Shown: positions 44,482 through 53,309 of the stretch, piece after piece
Layout of the letters: each line of letters opens with the position of its first letter
Position numbering within the stretch: position 1 is the stretch's first letter
Assembly (NCBI GenBank): GCA_963665095.1
Contig: OY762069.1
Location: forward strand, 4,992,001-5,056,000
Source: an uncultured Desulfobacter sp.
GTDB taxonomy: Bacteria; Desulfobacterota; Desulfobacteria; Desulfobacterales; Desulfobacteraceae
Direction: 5' to 3'
Length of the DNA stretch: 64,000 nt
Notes under the pieces: generated by a model
Told to the model about the DNA's origin: nothing
The model's input: the letters and a program-made list of their open reading frames with translations, nothing else
Database searches by the model: none
Position numbers and translations under genes: made by a program

Positions 44482-46211
44482 TCTTGTCCTGCCTTTGGGG
44501 AGGTGTAGGTGAACTTCTGCATGTCCCAGGCCGTTGTGGGACACTTTTCCGCACACATGCCGCAGTGAAGACAGACGTCTTCGTCCTTGACCATGACCCT
44601 GCCTGTGGGCAGGGGCCCTGACACATACAGCGCCTGGGTGGTGTTCACAGCCGGCACAGCCATGGCTTTCCGCAGCTGGGCTTCCTCGCTATTTTCCATA
44701 AAGTTGATACAGGTGGTGGGACAGACATCCACACAGGCATCGCACTCAATGCATGCCTCCACAGTGAACACAGTCTGGACATCACAGTTCAGGCAGCGGT
44801 CGGCCTCCTTTTTCCCGGTTTTGATGTCAAACCCCAGCTCCACTTCCAACAGCCGGTCTTTAATAGATTTTACCTTGGGGGCCAGGGGGACTTCCTGGCG
44901 ATGGTCCAGGGTCACGGCATTGTCATAGGCCCAGTCACGAAGTCCCATTTTCTGGGCAGTGAGGCTTGAAAAGGGCGCCGGGCGCTGGTGTATATCTTTG
45001 CCCCGGCAGAAAAGGTCCATTGAGATGGCTGCTTCATGGCCGTGGGCCACGGCCGTAATGACGTTTTTAGGGCCAAAGGCTGCATCGCCGCCGAAAAATA
45101 CATGGGGCAGGTCTGACTGGAAGGTTACCGGATCCACATGGGGCCGGCCCTGGTCATCAAAAGAGATGCCCGCATCTTTTTCAATCCAGGGAAAGGCATT
45201 TTGCTGGCCAATGGCAAGCAGCACCTGGTCACAGGCAATAAAAATCTCCTCCTTCACCTTGGGCGAGGTAAAGATCATGCCGGTGAGTTGATTGTTCTCT
45301 ATTGTGAAAGATTGGGGCGTCAGATGTTCCAGGATGGGAATGTCTTCTCTGAGCGCGTCTTCAATTTCCCAGGGCGAGGCTTTCATCTGGTCTTTTCCTC
45401 CCCGGATAACCACCTTGACTTCTTTTCCCCCAAGGCGCCGGGCTGTCCGGCAGCAGTCCATGGCGGTATTGCCGCCACCAATGACCAGGGTCACAGACCC
45501 GGCCTTTTTGACGTGGCCGTACTGTACCGCAGCCAGCCATTCAATCCCCACATGGATAGATGCGTCCGCCTCCCGGCGGCCGGGCAGGTCAAGATCCCTG
45601 CCACGGGGGGCGCCGGTGCCGATGAAAACAGCGTCAAAGCCTTTGGTCAGAAATTGTTTAAAGCTGGGCACATATGCTTTCCGGTGGGTGACCACCCCCA
45701 TATCCAGGATGGCATTGACCTCTTCATCCAGTACTTTTTCAGGAAGGCGGAAAGAGGGCACCTGGCTTCGTACAAACCCGCCGGGCTTGTCCTGATCGTC
45801 AAAGAGATGCACCTCGTATCCCAAAGGCATCAGATCCCGGGCCACGGTAAGAGAGGCAGGGCCTCCGCCGATCAACCCTATTTTTTTGCCATTTTTTTCT
45901 TTGGGGATTTCAGGATAGTTCAGGCTTCCCGGGTCCTTGTTATCCGCACACACGCGTTTAAGGCGGCAGATGGCCACGGCATTGTCTTCCACCCGGCCCC
46001 GGCGGCAGGCCGGTTCGCATGGCCTGTCACAGATACGGCCCAGGATGCCGGGAAATACGTTGGACCACCAGTTGATCATATAGGCCATGGAATATTTCTT
46101 TTCGGCAATGAGCCGGATATATTCCGGTACCGGTGTATGGGCCGGGCATGCAAACTGGCAGTCAATGACCCTGTGAAAATAGTCAGGATTTTTGATATCC
46201 GTTGGATTCAA
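44478..46211 (-). CDS. GltD/SudA-like FAD/NAD(P) oxidoreductase with extra C-terminal 4Fe-4S domain (KorC-like)
   Basis: CQFACP, GRICDRPCE, GGGPA, GGGNTAMD, RCLNC, CIECDACVDVCP and CLHCGMCAEKCP. Confidence 0.88.
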   Translation of the reverse strand: MNPTDIKNPDYFHRVIDCQFACPAHTPVPEYIRLIAEKKYSMAYMINWWSNVFPGILGRICDRPCEPACRRGRVEDNAVAICRLKRVCADNKDPGSLNYPEIPKEKNGKKIGLIGGGPASLTVARDLMPLGYEVHLFDDQDKPGGFVRSQVPSFRLPEKVLDEEVNAILDMGVVTHRKAYVPSFKQFLTKGFDAVFIGTGAPRGRDLDLPGRREADASIHVGIEWLAAVQYGHVKKAGSVTLVIGGGNTAMDCCRTARRLGGKEVKVVIRGGKDQMKASPWEIEDALREDIPILEHLTPQSFTIENNQLTGMIFTSPKVKEEIFIACDQVLLAIGQQNAFPWIEKDAGISFDDQGRPHVDPVTFQSDLPHVFFGGDAAFGPKNVITAVAHGHEAAISMDLFCRGKDIHQRPAPFSSLTAQKMGLRDWAYDNAVTLDHRQEVPLAPKVKSIKDRLLEVELGFDIKTGKKEADRCLNCDVQTVFTVEACIECDACVDVCPTTCINFMENSEEAQLRKAMAVPAVNTTQALYVSGPLPTGRVMVKDEDVCLHCGMCAEKCPTTAWDMQKFTYTSPKAGQE

Positions 46212-46555
46212 TGCTGGTTCCTCCCCCTGTCTGACGCATGAATGAAAAAGCTTAAGTCTATTTTTAAACTAAAACTGGTCACCATGCAAAATAATTCATA
46301 TATCCCGGGGCAAACCTTATAAAAGGATGTGAAGAATGAAGTCGTTTAAAAGGGGAAAAATCCATGTGGCATTTCCCTGTTTAAAATCATTTCCTGACGG
46401 TTTGTCAGAATTTGTTGGCAATGCTTGACAATGCGGTCTCTTCCTGTCTAATTTGAAAAAGAATAGTCCACTCTTACGTGTTTTCAGGCAGTAACACAAT
46501 TCAGATGTTTCCCATTGTGAATGGGATGTCAAAGATATATGCATCAGGAGGGGTT

Positions 46556-47083
46556 ATGGGCGTTTTGGAGGTCCAGGATGAAACATTAAGGCTTCTTAAG
46601 GAGATTGCCTTACAGAAAAATGTGCCTGTGGAGGGGTTGGCCAGGCAGATCCTCCATGAATATGTATTGCAGTTCAGAAATGAAGGATCACAAAAACAGG
46701 GTCGGGAGATGCGCAGGTATGAGCGTCAGGAAACCAACTGGGATGATAAACTCCATTTTCAATTTGCAGGGGACTCAAGCCGGGAAAAGATACCTGGAAA
46801 GCTGAAAGATATTTCGATGAACGGTCTGTGTTTTTCATTTGATCTGAAACAAAATATTCCGGATGAGCAATTTTATAAAAACCAGGTCCTGAACGTCTCT
46901 TTTGAACTCCCGCAGACCGGCCAGTCCATCCGGCTGCAGATGAACCCGCGGTATATTCGGAAACAGGGTGTAAATAATGTCGTGGGGACCGCTTTTATTG
47001 AGGAGGGGTGTGATTACGGTGATCTTATTGCGTTTATGGGGTTACTGGACAAAGAACCCCCTTCAGATTCCGGTTCAGTCTGA
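46556..47083 (+). CDS. PilZ domain protein with N-terminal ribbon-helix-helix-like segment
   Basis: AGGAGG RBS before ATG 46556; RRYER and DISMNG PilZ motifs. Confidence 0.75.
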   Translation: MGVLEVQDETLRLLKEIALQKNVPVEGLARQILHEYVLQFRNEGSQKQGREMRRYERQETNWDDKLHFQFAGDSSREKIPGKLKDISMNGLCFSFDLKQNIPDEQFYKNQVLNVSFELPQTGQSIRLQMNPRYIRKQGVNNVVGTAFIEEGCDYGDLIAFMGLLDKEPPSDSGSV

Positions 47084-47167
47084 AATCTGAAAGGGGCTGA
47101 GAATCCATATCCTGTCGGTACTGGCATTTTTGCTGAAAACAGTCTGAATCCAAAGAGTCAGGCTTGA

Positions 47168-48103
47168 TTACAGCTTTTCAGTCAGGGCTGGCACCACTTC
47201 AAAAATATCACCCACAATTCCGTAGTCGCATCTGCCAAAGATCGGGGCATCCTTGTCCTTGTTGATGGCCACGATCACCTTGGAGGTTTTCATGCCGGCA
47301 AAGTGCTGCACCGCACCTGAGATCCCGCAGGCAATATAGAGTTTGGGGGAAACGGTTTTTCCGGTTTGTCCCACCTGGCGGGAATGGGTGGCGTATCCCG
47401 CATCCACGGCCGCCCTGGAGGCCCCTACGGCAGCGCCCAGTTTAGCGGCGCATGCTTCAATCATCTGAAAGTTTTCCTTATCCCCGATGGCTCTGCCGCC
47501 GGAGATGATCACGGGCGCTTCGGTCAGGTCCAGGGTCGCACCGACAGTTGTGATGGTTTCCACCACCTTTGTGACGCCAGGACCCCGGGCGGTTGTCTTG
47601 AATTCAACAATGTCTGCTGCCGCGTCTGCCAGAACCGGATCCAGGGTATTGGGGCGGATGGTACACAGCAGCACATCGGCATTGACCTGCAGGGTGGCAA
47701 TGATTTTTCCGGAGAAATGGGATTTTTTCACCTGCTTTTTATCCAGGTCCACGCCCAATGCATCAGACACCAGGGGAAGATCCATGAAGGCGGCAATCCG
47801 GGCGAACATATCCTTCCCTTCCGCACTGGCCGTACCCAGCAGTGCTGAGAGGCCCTGGGCCTTGATGGTTTCCGCAAGGGCCTGGGCTGCCAGATCAGGA
47901 TCGGCCGCCAGGTCTTTTTCTGAGGTAATATTGACGATGGTGGCTGCCCCGTGGGCTGCCAGGGTCTCTTTCACTGCCGCAGGATCGCCGTTCAGAAGAA
48001 TGGCGGCTATTTCATGGCCCTTTGCTGCTGCCATCACGCCCAGGCTTGTTTCCTTGACACTGCTGTTTTCGATTTCAATTAAAATTCCTGTTTTCATGGC
48101 CAC
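47168..48103 (-). CDS. etfA: Electron transfer flavoprotein alpha subunit
   Basis: [22 protein letters not shown] and [15 protein letters not shown]. Confidence 0.96.
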   Translation of the reverse strand: MAMKTGILIEIENSSVKETSLGVMAAAKGHEIAAILLNGDPAAVKETLAAHGAATIVNITSEKDLAADPDLAAQALAETIKAQGLSALLGTASAEGKDMFARIAAFMDLPLVSDALGVDLDKKQVKKSHFSGKIIATLQVNADVLLCTIRPNTLDPVLADAAADIVEFKTTARGPGVTKVVETITTVGATLDLTEAPVIISGGRAIGDKENFQMIEACAAKLGAAVGASRAAVDAGYATHSRQVGQTGKTVSPKLYIACGISGAVQHFAGMKTSKVIVAINKDKDAPIFGRCDYGIVGDIFEVVPALTEKL

Positions 48104-48107
48104 TCCT

Positions 48108-48881
48108 TTATGCGATCACCTTCTCGTCTTCCTTTAGAATTCTTACAAGCTCTGTTACCTGAGCGTCCACGCCGCCTTCCAGCATTTTTGCACCGGACCG
48201 GTCAGGCACCGGTGCCAGGGCCACATAGGTCACGCCGGCATCGGGTGCATCGGCAACAAGGTCTGCCAGGGGGATATCCTTGATCTGTTTTTTCTTGGCT
48301 TTCATGATATCCGGGAATTTGGGATATCGGGGTTCATTTAATCCCTTGGTGGCGCCAATGACGCAGGGCAGGGCCATTTCAAGAACCTGGCTTTTGCCGC
48401 CGGCAGCTTCCAGGGTGGCCGTGGCTTTTCCGTCAGCCACAACCAGTCCGTTGACCTCACTTGCCATGGGCAGCCCTAATTGGACTGCCACCCGGTACAG
48501 GGTCTGGGAGGTTTCTGTATCCACGGCGGTTTTGCCGCCAAATACCATGTCTGCATCACCGTCGGCAGTAATGGCTGCGGCAAGGGCTCTGGCCGCCACC
48601 TGGCTGTCCGTGAACTGGGCATCCGTGACAATGTGGATACCCCGGGCAGCCCCCATGGCCAAAGCGCTTCTGATGGCGTCCTTTGCACAGGGGCCACCCA
48701 GACAGACCACGATTACCTCTCCGCCATTGGCTTCCACCAGCCTGACGGCCTCTTCCACCCCGTATTCATCATAGGGGTTGGCAATGAATTTGACATCTTT
48801 ATCCGCAAAGGATGTTTCCCCTGCAACCTTGATGTTTGCGGCGGTATCCGGTACATGTTTTACGCATGCAAAAATTTTCAT
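48108..48881 (-). CDS. etfB: Electron transfer flavoprotein beta subunit
   Basis: CVKHVPD, NPYDEYGVEEA, ALAMGA and LNEPRYP. Confidence 0.96.
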   Translation of the reverse strand: MKIFACVKHVPDTAANIKVAGETSFADKDVKFIANPYDEYGVEEAVRLVEANGGEVIVVCLGGPCAKDAIRSALAMGAARGIHIVTDAQFTDSQVAARALAAAITADGDADMVFGGKTAVDTETSQTLYRVAVQLGLPMASEVNGLVVADGKATATLEAAGGKSQVLEMALPCVIGATKGLNEPRYPKFPDIMKAKKKQIKDIPLADLVADAPDAGVTYVALAPVPDRSGAKMLEGGVDAQVTELVRILKEDEKVIA

Positions 48882-49111
48882 GGGCTTCTCCTAACAATTG
48901 GGCTTTCCGGAGAAGGGACCCTCCCGCCTCCGGAATTATTGGGATATTAATAACATTGGCAGTTTTACAGATCATGACATATATTGTCAATCAAAAATTG
49001 TCGAACAAAAATTTTTTTCAATATGACCGTTAAAAAGATTCAGATTCATTTCAGGTTCGACTATAGTGACATATCAACTCATTGAGGCGTTCGCCCGCAG
49101 AAAGGATATCC

Positions 49112-49780
49112 ATGTCAATTACCCAGGAAGATCAGGCATACAACAAAATCAAAACCGCCATCTGCAAAGGATATATTAAAAAAGGCAGCAAACTGAAGGA
49201 GATTCCTTTAGCCGGCAGTCTGGACATGAGCCGGGCCACGGTCAAAGGGGCCATTAAGCGCCTGGTGTTTGAAGGCCTGGCCGAACATGTACCCTATAAA
49301 GGGGTCTCCGTGGTCAGCCCCACCCTGGAGGAGATCAGTCAGGCCTTTCAGGTCCGTGCCCAGCTGGAGCAGATGGCTGTGACCCTTGCCATGCCGGAGA
49401 TGACCGCCCGGGACTATAAAGAACTGGAATCCCTGATCGGACAGGAGGAGGCATTGTGCCGGTCCAGGGAGGCAGAAGGCTATTATGAAATCAATAATGC
49501 CTTCCATCTGAAAATTGCGGAACATTCCGGCAACAAGGTCCTGATTCACTACGTCAGAGAGCTGCTGCAGAAAACAACCATCTATCTGATTCTCTTTGAT
49601 CCTTTTTTTCAGCTGATTGATGCCCACAACGTCTCCCCTGAGGAGCACACCCATATCCTGGGCCTTATGCGGAATATGGACTGCACGGCTGCCGGAGAGG
49701 CCATCAGGCACCACCTTGAGAGCACGGTGGAGAATCTGGATGCAGACGTGCTTTGTCCCAGCGATTATCTGACGGTGTGA
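49112..49780 (+). CDS. GntR family transcriptional regulator (FCD domain)
   Basis: wHTH LA..L.MSR.TV..AI..L..EGL; FCD motifs N.AFH..I...SGN and EH..I. Confidence 0.9.
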   Translation: MSITQEDQAYNKIKTAICKGYIKKGSKLKEIPLAGSLDMSRATVKGAIKRLVFEGLAEHVPYKGVSVVSPTLEEISQAFQVRAQLEQMAVTLAMPEMTARDYKELESLIGQEEALCRSREAEGYYEINNAFHLKIAEHSGNKVLIHYVRELLQKTTIYLILFDPFFQLIDAHNVSPEEHTHILGLMRNMDCTAAGEAIRHHLESTVENLDADVLCPSDYLTV

Positions 49781-49889
49781 CCTGTTTAATAATTATTATT
49801 TGAAGATCGCATACATTGGTGTTGGAGGGACCCGGCTTGATCAGACCGTCAACGGTATCAAAGAAATGGTATGCATTGTTCTGATTTTT

Positions 49890-51092
49890 TTAAATGGTTA
49901 TCCTTTTCAGTCCATAGGAGAGAATGATGCCCGCAATCGCGCCCACAGCCAGGTTGGCTGCCAGGGTCAGGGAGACAATGACCATAATGACAAACAGTTC
50001 ATTGCGGGTGTGCATGTCATTGATGGTCAAACACAGCGTGCTGCCGGCAAAAACCAGCAGGACCCCAAGGATGGACATGGGAATCAGAAAAAGAAGATAG
50101 ATGAAACCACTGCCCAGAAGGATTGACAGTCCTGCCATGATCCCGCCGATGATCAGATTGGATCCGGCGGTTCTGGCTCCGAACCGGTAATGGGCGGCCA
50201 GTCCCCCAGCCCCGTGACACATGGGTATGCCGCCGAAAACAAAGCTTAAAAAATTGCCGGCAGCCATGGAGTAACAAAGTGCTGTATAGGTCATTTTTTC
50301 GGACCGCTCTTCGAAGTACTCCTTTGACAGATCTGCCTGGGCAATCACTGCATTGCCCAGGGTCATGGGCATCTGGGGCAGGACCACGGCAAACAGGGCA
50401 AAGGTGACATCGGCCCCGCCGGGAAATCCATGGGGGAAAAAGTGGGGGAGATTCAGGCCCGGCTTCAGGGTATCAAGCCCCTCCCCGGTGCCAAGAATCA
50501 GGCCGGCTGCCATGCCGAATATAATGACGATAAGGGCGGCGGGTAGCTTTTTGTTGTTTAAAAATGCCAGGGTGAGAATAAAGCCCATGGTGCCCAGGAT
50601 CAAAGTTACGGGAAGAGGTCCTGCCGTCTGAGTGGTCAGATAAGGTTCCGGCGCCTGGACCACACCTTTGAAAATTGCTGTTCCCAGAACCATTTTCATG
50701 CCTTTGGCCATGAGCAGAAGACCTGTGGATAGCTGGATGCCGCGGATGACAGCCCGGGGAATATACCTGCCGAATTTATTCATGGAGCCTGTGGCGGCGA
50801 TCACCGCCAGCACCAGGCACATGAGCAGTGCCGATGCCTGGATCTGCCGGGCCGTCATGGCCGTGGCAATGGCATAGGTGCCGATCACCTTCATGGGCTC
50901 CACCGGTACGGTGATTCCGTAGTAGAGGCCGCTGGCCGCATAAAACAGCCCCATGGAGAAAAACACCCCCACAGGGTCCAGGCCGTTGACCAGGATCATG
51001 CCCAGCGCTATGGGAAGAATGGTGCCCAGGTCTCCCATGGACCCGGCCAGTTCGTGTTTGTTGAACCGGTATCGTGGCTGCTTTGCCTGCAT
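49890..51092 (-). CDS. MOT1-family putative molybdate/sulfate transporter
   Basis: ELAGSMGDLGT, P.EPMK and PMCHGAGGLAAHYRFGART. Confidence 0.88.
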   Translation of the reverse strand: MQAKQPRYRFNKHELAGSMGDLGTILPIALGMILVNGLDPVGVFFSMGLFYAASGLYYGITVPVEPMKVIGTYAIATAMTARQIQASALLMCLVLAVIAATGSMNKFGRYIPRAVIRGIQLSTGLLLMAKGMKMVLGTAIFKGVVQAPEPYLTTQTAGPLPVTLILGTMGFILTLAFLNNKKLPAALIVIIFGMAAGLILGTGEGLDTLKPGLNLPHFFPHGFPGGADVTFALFAVVLPQMPMTLGNAVIAQADLSKEYFEERSEKMTYTALCYSMAAGNFLSFVFGGIPMCHGAGGLAAHYRFGARTAGSNLIIGGIMAGLSILLGSGFIYLLFLIPMSILGVLLVFAGSTLCLTINDMHTRNELFVIMVIVSLTLAANLAVGAIAGIILSYGLKRITI

Positions 51093-51096
51093 GGTG

Positions 51097-51573
51097 TCAG
51101 ATAAACCTGTCGTCTGAGGTCATGGTCCGGGCCTTGATCTGATTTTCCTCCAGCCATCCGGCGCGAACCCCTGTTGTTTTGGCATCAAATCCGGATACAT
51201 AAGGTTTGATATCAAGAAGCGGGGTGTTATTTAATACATCAATGTCCAGAATATTAAGAATGTTATTTTCCCGGGAGACCAGACGGACAATGGAAAGTCC
51301 GATGGGATTGGGCCGTCGGGGTGCCCGGGTGGAGAAAAGACCCCTTGGGACCGTATCCATAAAAGGGGTGACCATGAGATCAAAACCATCTGACTCATGG
51401 AAACAGTATAATAGAATCAGATGGGAAAACCCCTCAATATCTGACAGGCCTTTTTCATATTCCGGATGTATAATGATCCGTCCCTGGACATCCTGGGCCC
51501 CTGCGGGCTGGATGGGCATGCCTTTGCGGTCTTTAAACGGTGTCTGTATTGTGCCGATGGGTGTCAGGTGCAT
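51097..51573 (-). CDS. tsaA: tRNA m6t6A37 methyltransferase TrmO/TsaA family
   Basis: PIG.I, GL..IEGFSH, GLFSTRAP.RPNPIGLS and TPLLDIKPY. Confidence 0.92.
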   Translation of the reverse strand: MHLTPIGTIQTPFKDRKGMPIQPAGAQDVQGRIIIHPEYEKGLSDIEGFSHLILLYCFHESDGFDLMVTPFMDTVPRGLFSTRAPRRPNPIGLSIVRLVSRENNILNILDIDVLNNTPLLDIKPYVSGFDAKTTGVRAGWLEENQIKARTMTSDDRFI

Positions 51574-51599
51574 GGGGGTATCCTTTTGCGGCGGCCAGG

Positions 51600-53309
51600 C
51601 TATCCGGGAGATTCAGCTTTTATGATATCTGCCAGCATCTGTTCCGCCCTTAAAATATATGCCTCTGGCAAAAGGCCTTTCATTGCCTTCTCATCTGAGA
51701 AGACCATGAGCAGCGCCTTTGCAAAATGTCTGTTATTGATCATGAGACGGCTTATATGGGGCATTTTGGGTTTGGGGGATGAAATAATATAGGTATCAAA
51801 AAAGATCCGGTAAAAATCCCGTTGGGGCCTGAAATGAACGGCATAGGCACTGAGCCGTTTTTTGATGCCTGATATGGACGAGTTAATGGGCAGTTTTTTG
51901 TCCGCATAATCTTCAAGGGTGATGAATCCTTTTTCCATAAGGGCGGCACGCATGCTTACCATGATTTCCCGGTCCCGGTCCTGGGTAACCCGGCAAAGCA
52001 TCTCACAAAGAGGTATCACCTCATCCATGGTGTCATAGGAGGTATTCAGTATTAGTGCGATAAAGGCGATTTTAACATCTTCTTTTTCTTCCGTGAGCCA
52101 GGATTCATCCAGGCCCAGGTTATCAATGGCCCGCTGGGTTTCGACCACGGCCCTTTCCACAGTTTCCAGGCCGGCATGACGGTTGAGTGTGCCTTCATCA
52201 TAAATGCGGTGAATTTTCTCTGTCAGCTCCTTGAACATCAACCGAAAAAGATCGGTAAAGGGCTCTTCGCATGCCGGATCCGTACTGAATTCCCGGCAGA
52301 ACCGGTTAATGTGGGGGACGCTGAACAGGATATTCATCCGGTACCGCATGGCAGATACCGCTGTCTGGTGGGGCATCTCTTTTTGCTCAAGTGTCTGGGG
52401 CCACACGTCAAAAAAAATCCAGAGCAGACCCTGCTGAAGTTTGGAATATGTCTCGCCAATGATGGACCGGGGTGCCAGTTCCAGGATTTCGCGCAGCCGA
52501 TAAGCGGAATTAAGGTAGTCGTCGATTTTTTGCAGCAGGGCATAGATTGCCGTATCCAGCTTTTCCATGGATTTGAAGTACTCTTTTTCGTTGGTCTGGC
52601 TGGATACCGTCTGGGCCCGGGTATAGAGCAGCTTGGTAAAAATGTCTGTATACCCGTTGATCTCCTGATGTGCCTTGTTGATGATGGAGGCAAGGGTGGC
52701 CTTTTCCATGCTCGGCAGCCGGGCTCCTGCCAGCCGGCAGATCAGATCTGCATCTTTAATATCTTCAAGATATTCGATCCAGGGTTTGTCCTGGGCCAGG
52801 CTGAAAATAAGTCCTCTGAGCGTGTTGGCGACCAGGCTTTTGTAGTCTCTGCCGGCAGTGCTGTTTTTGATAACGGCTTTCAGGTCCGAGGTCATCAGGC
52901 TGTTATCCTGACTCTCCGGGTGGCTGTTTACCATGTTGAAAAAGGTAATGATGATGTTGGTGGTTAAAAATTCAATGGTTTTTTTATTATCCGCTTCCTG
53001 GATGTCCTGCTGGGAGATACTGTAACCGCAGTCAAAGGCAATGGGCGGCATCTCCCGGACCATGACCCTGAACAACGTGATCAGGCTTTCCAGATACTGG
53101 TCCGGCAAAGGAAACTCTTTCTTGTTCATCTCCTCAAGGAAAAACCGGGTGATCTCATCAATGGGTATCAGGGGGATCCCGTGGCTTTGTTCCGGATATT
53201 TTTTCACAGGATTCAGACCCTGGCCGCCTTTAAGCATCAGTGACGGCATGTCTGTGTTATACAGCTGGTTCCGGAACAGTTGGATTTTATTTTCGGTCAG
53301 TATTGTCAA
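51600..53309 (-). CDS. Hypothetical all-helical protein, 569 aa
   Basis: Long ORF overlapping the FapA stop and co-oriented with its neighbours; no family recognised. Confidence 0.75.
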   Translation of the reverse strand: MTILTENKIQLFRNQLYNTDMPSLMLKGGQGLNPVKKYPEQSHGIPLIPIDEITRFFLEEMNKKEFPLPDQYLESLITLFRVMVREMPPIAFDCGYSISQQDIQEADNKKTIEFLTTNIIITFFNMVNSHPESQDNSLMTSDLKAVIKNSTAGRDYKSLVANTLRGLIFSLAQDKPWIEYLEDIKDADLICRLAGARLPSMEKATLASIINKAHQEINGYTDIFTKLLYTRAQTVSSQTNEKEYFKSMEKLDTAIYALLQKIDDYLNSAYRLREILELAPRSIIGETYSKLQQGLLWIFFDVWPQTLEQKEMPHQTAVSAMRYRMNILFSVPHINRFCREFSTDPACEEPFTDLFRLMFKELTEKIHRIYDEGTLNRHAGLETVERAVVETQRAIDNLGLDESWLTEEKEDVKIAFIALILNTSYDTMDEVIPLCEMLCRVTQDRDREIMVSMRAALMEKGFITLEDYADKKLPINSSISGIKKRLSAYAVHFRPQRDFYRIFFDTYIISSPKPKMPHISRLMINNRHFAKALLMVFSDEKAMKGLLPEAYILRAEQMLADIIKAESPG

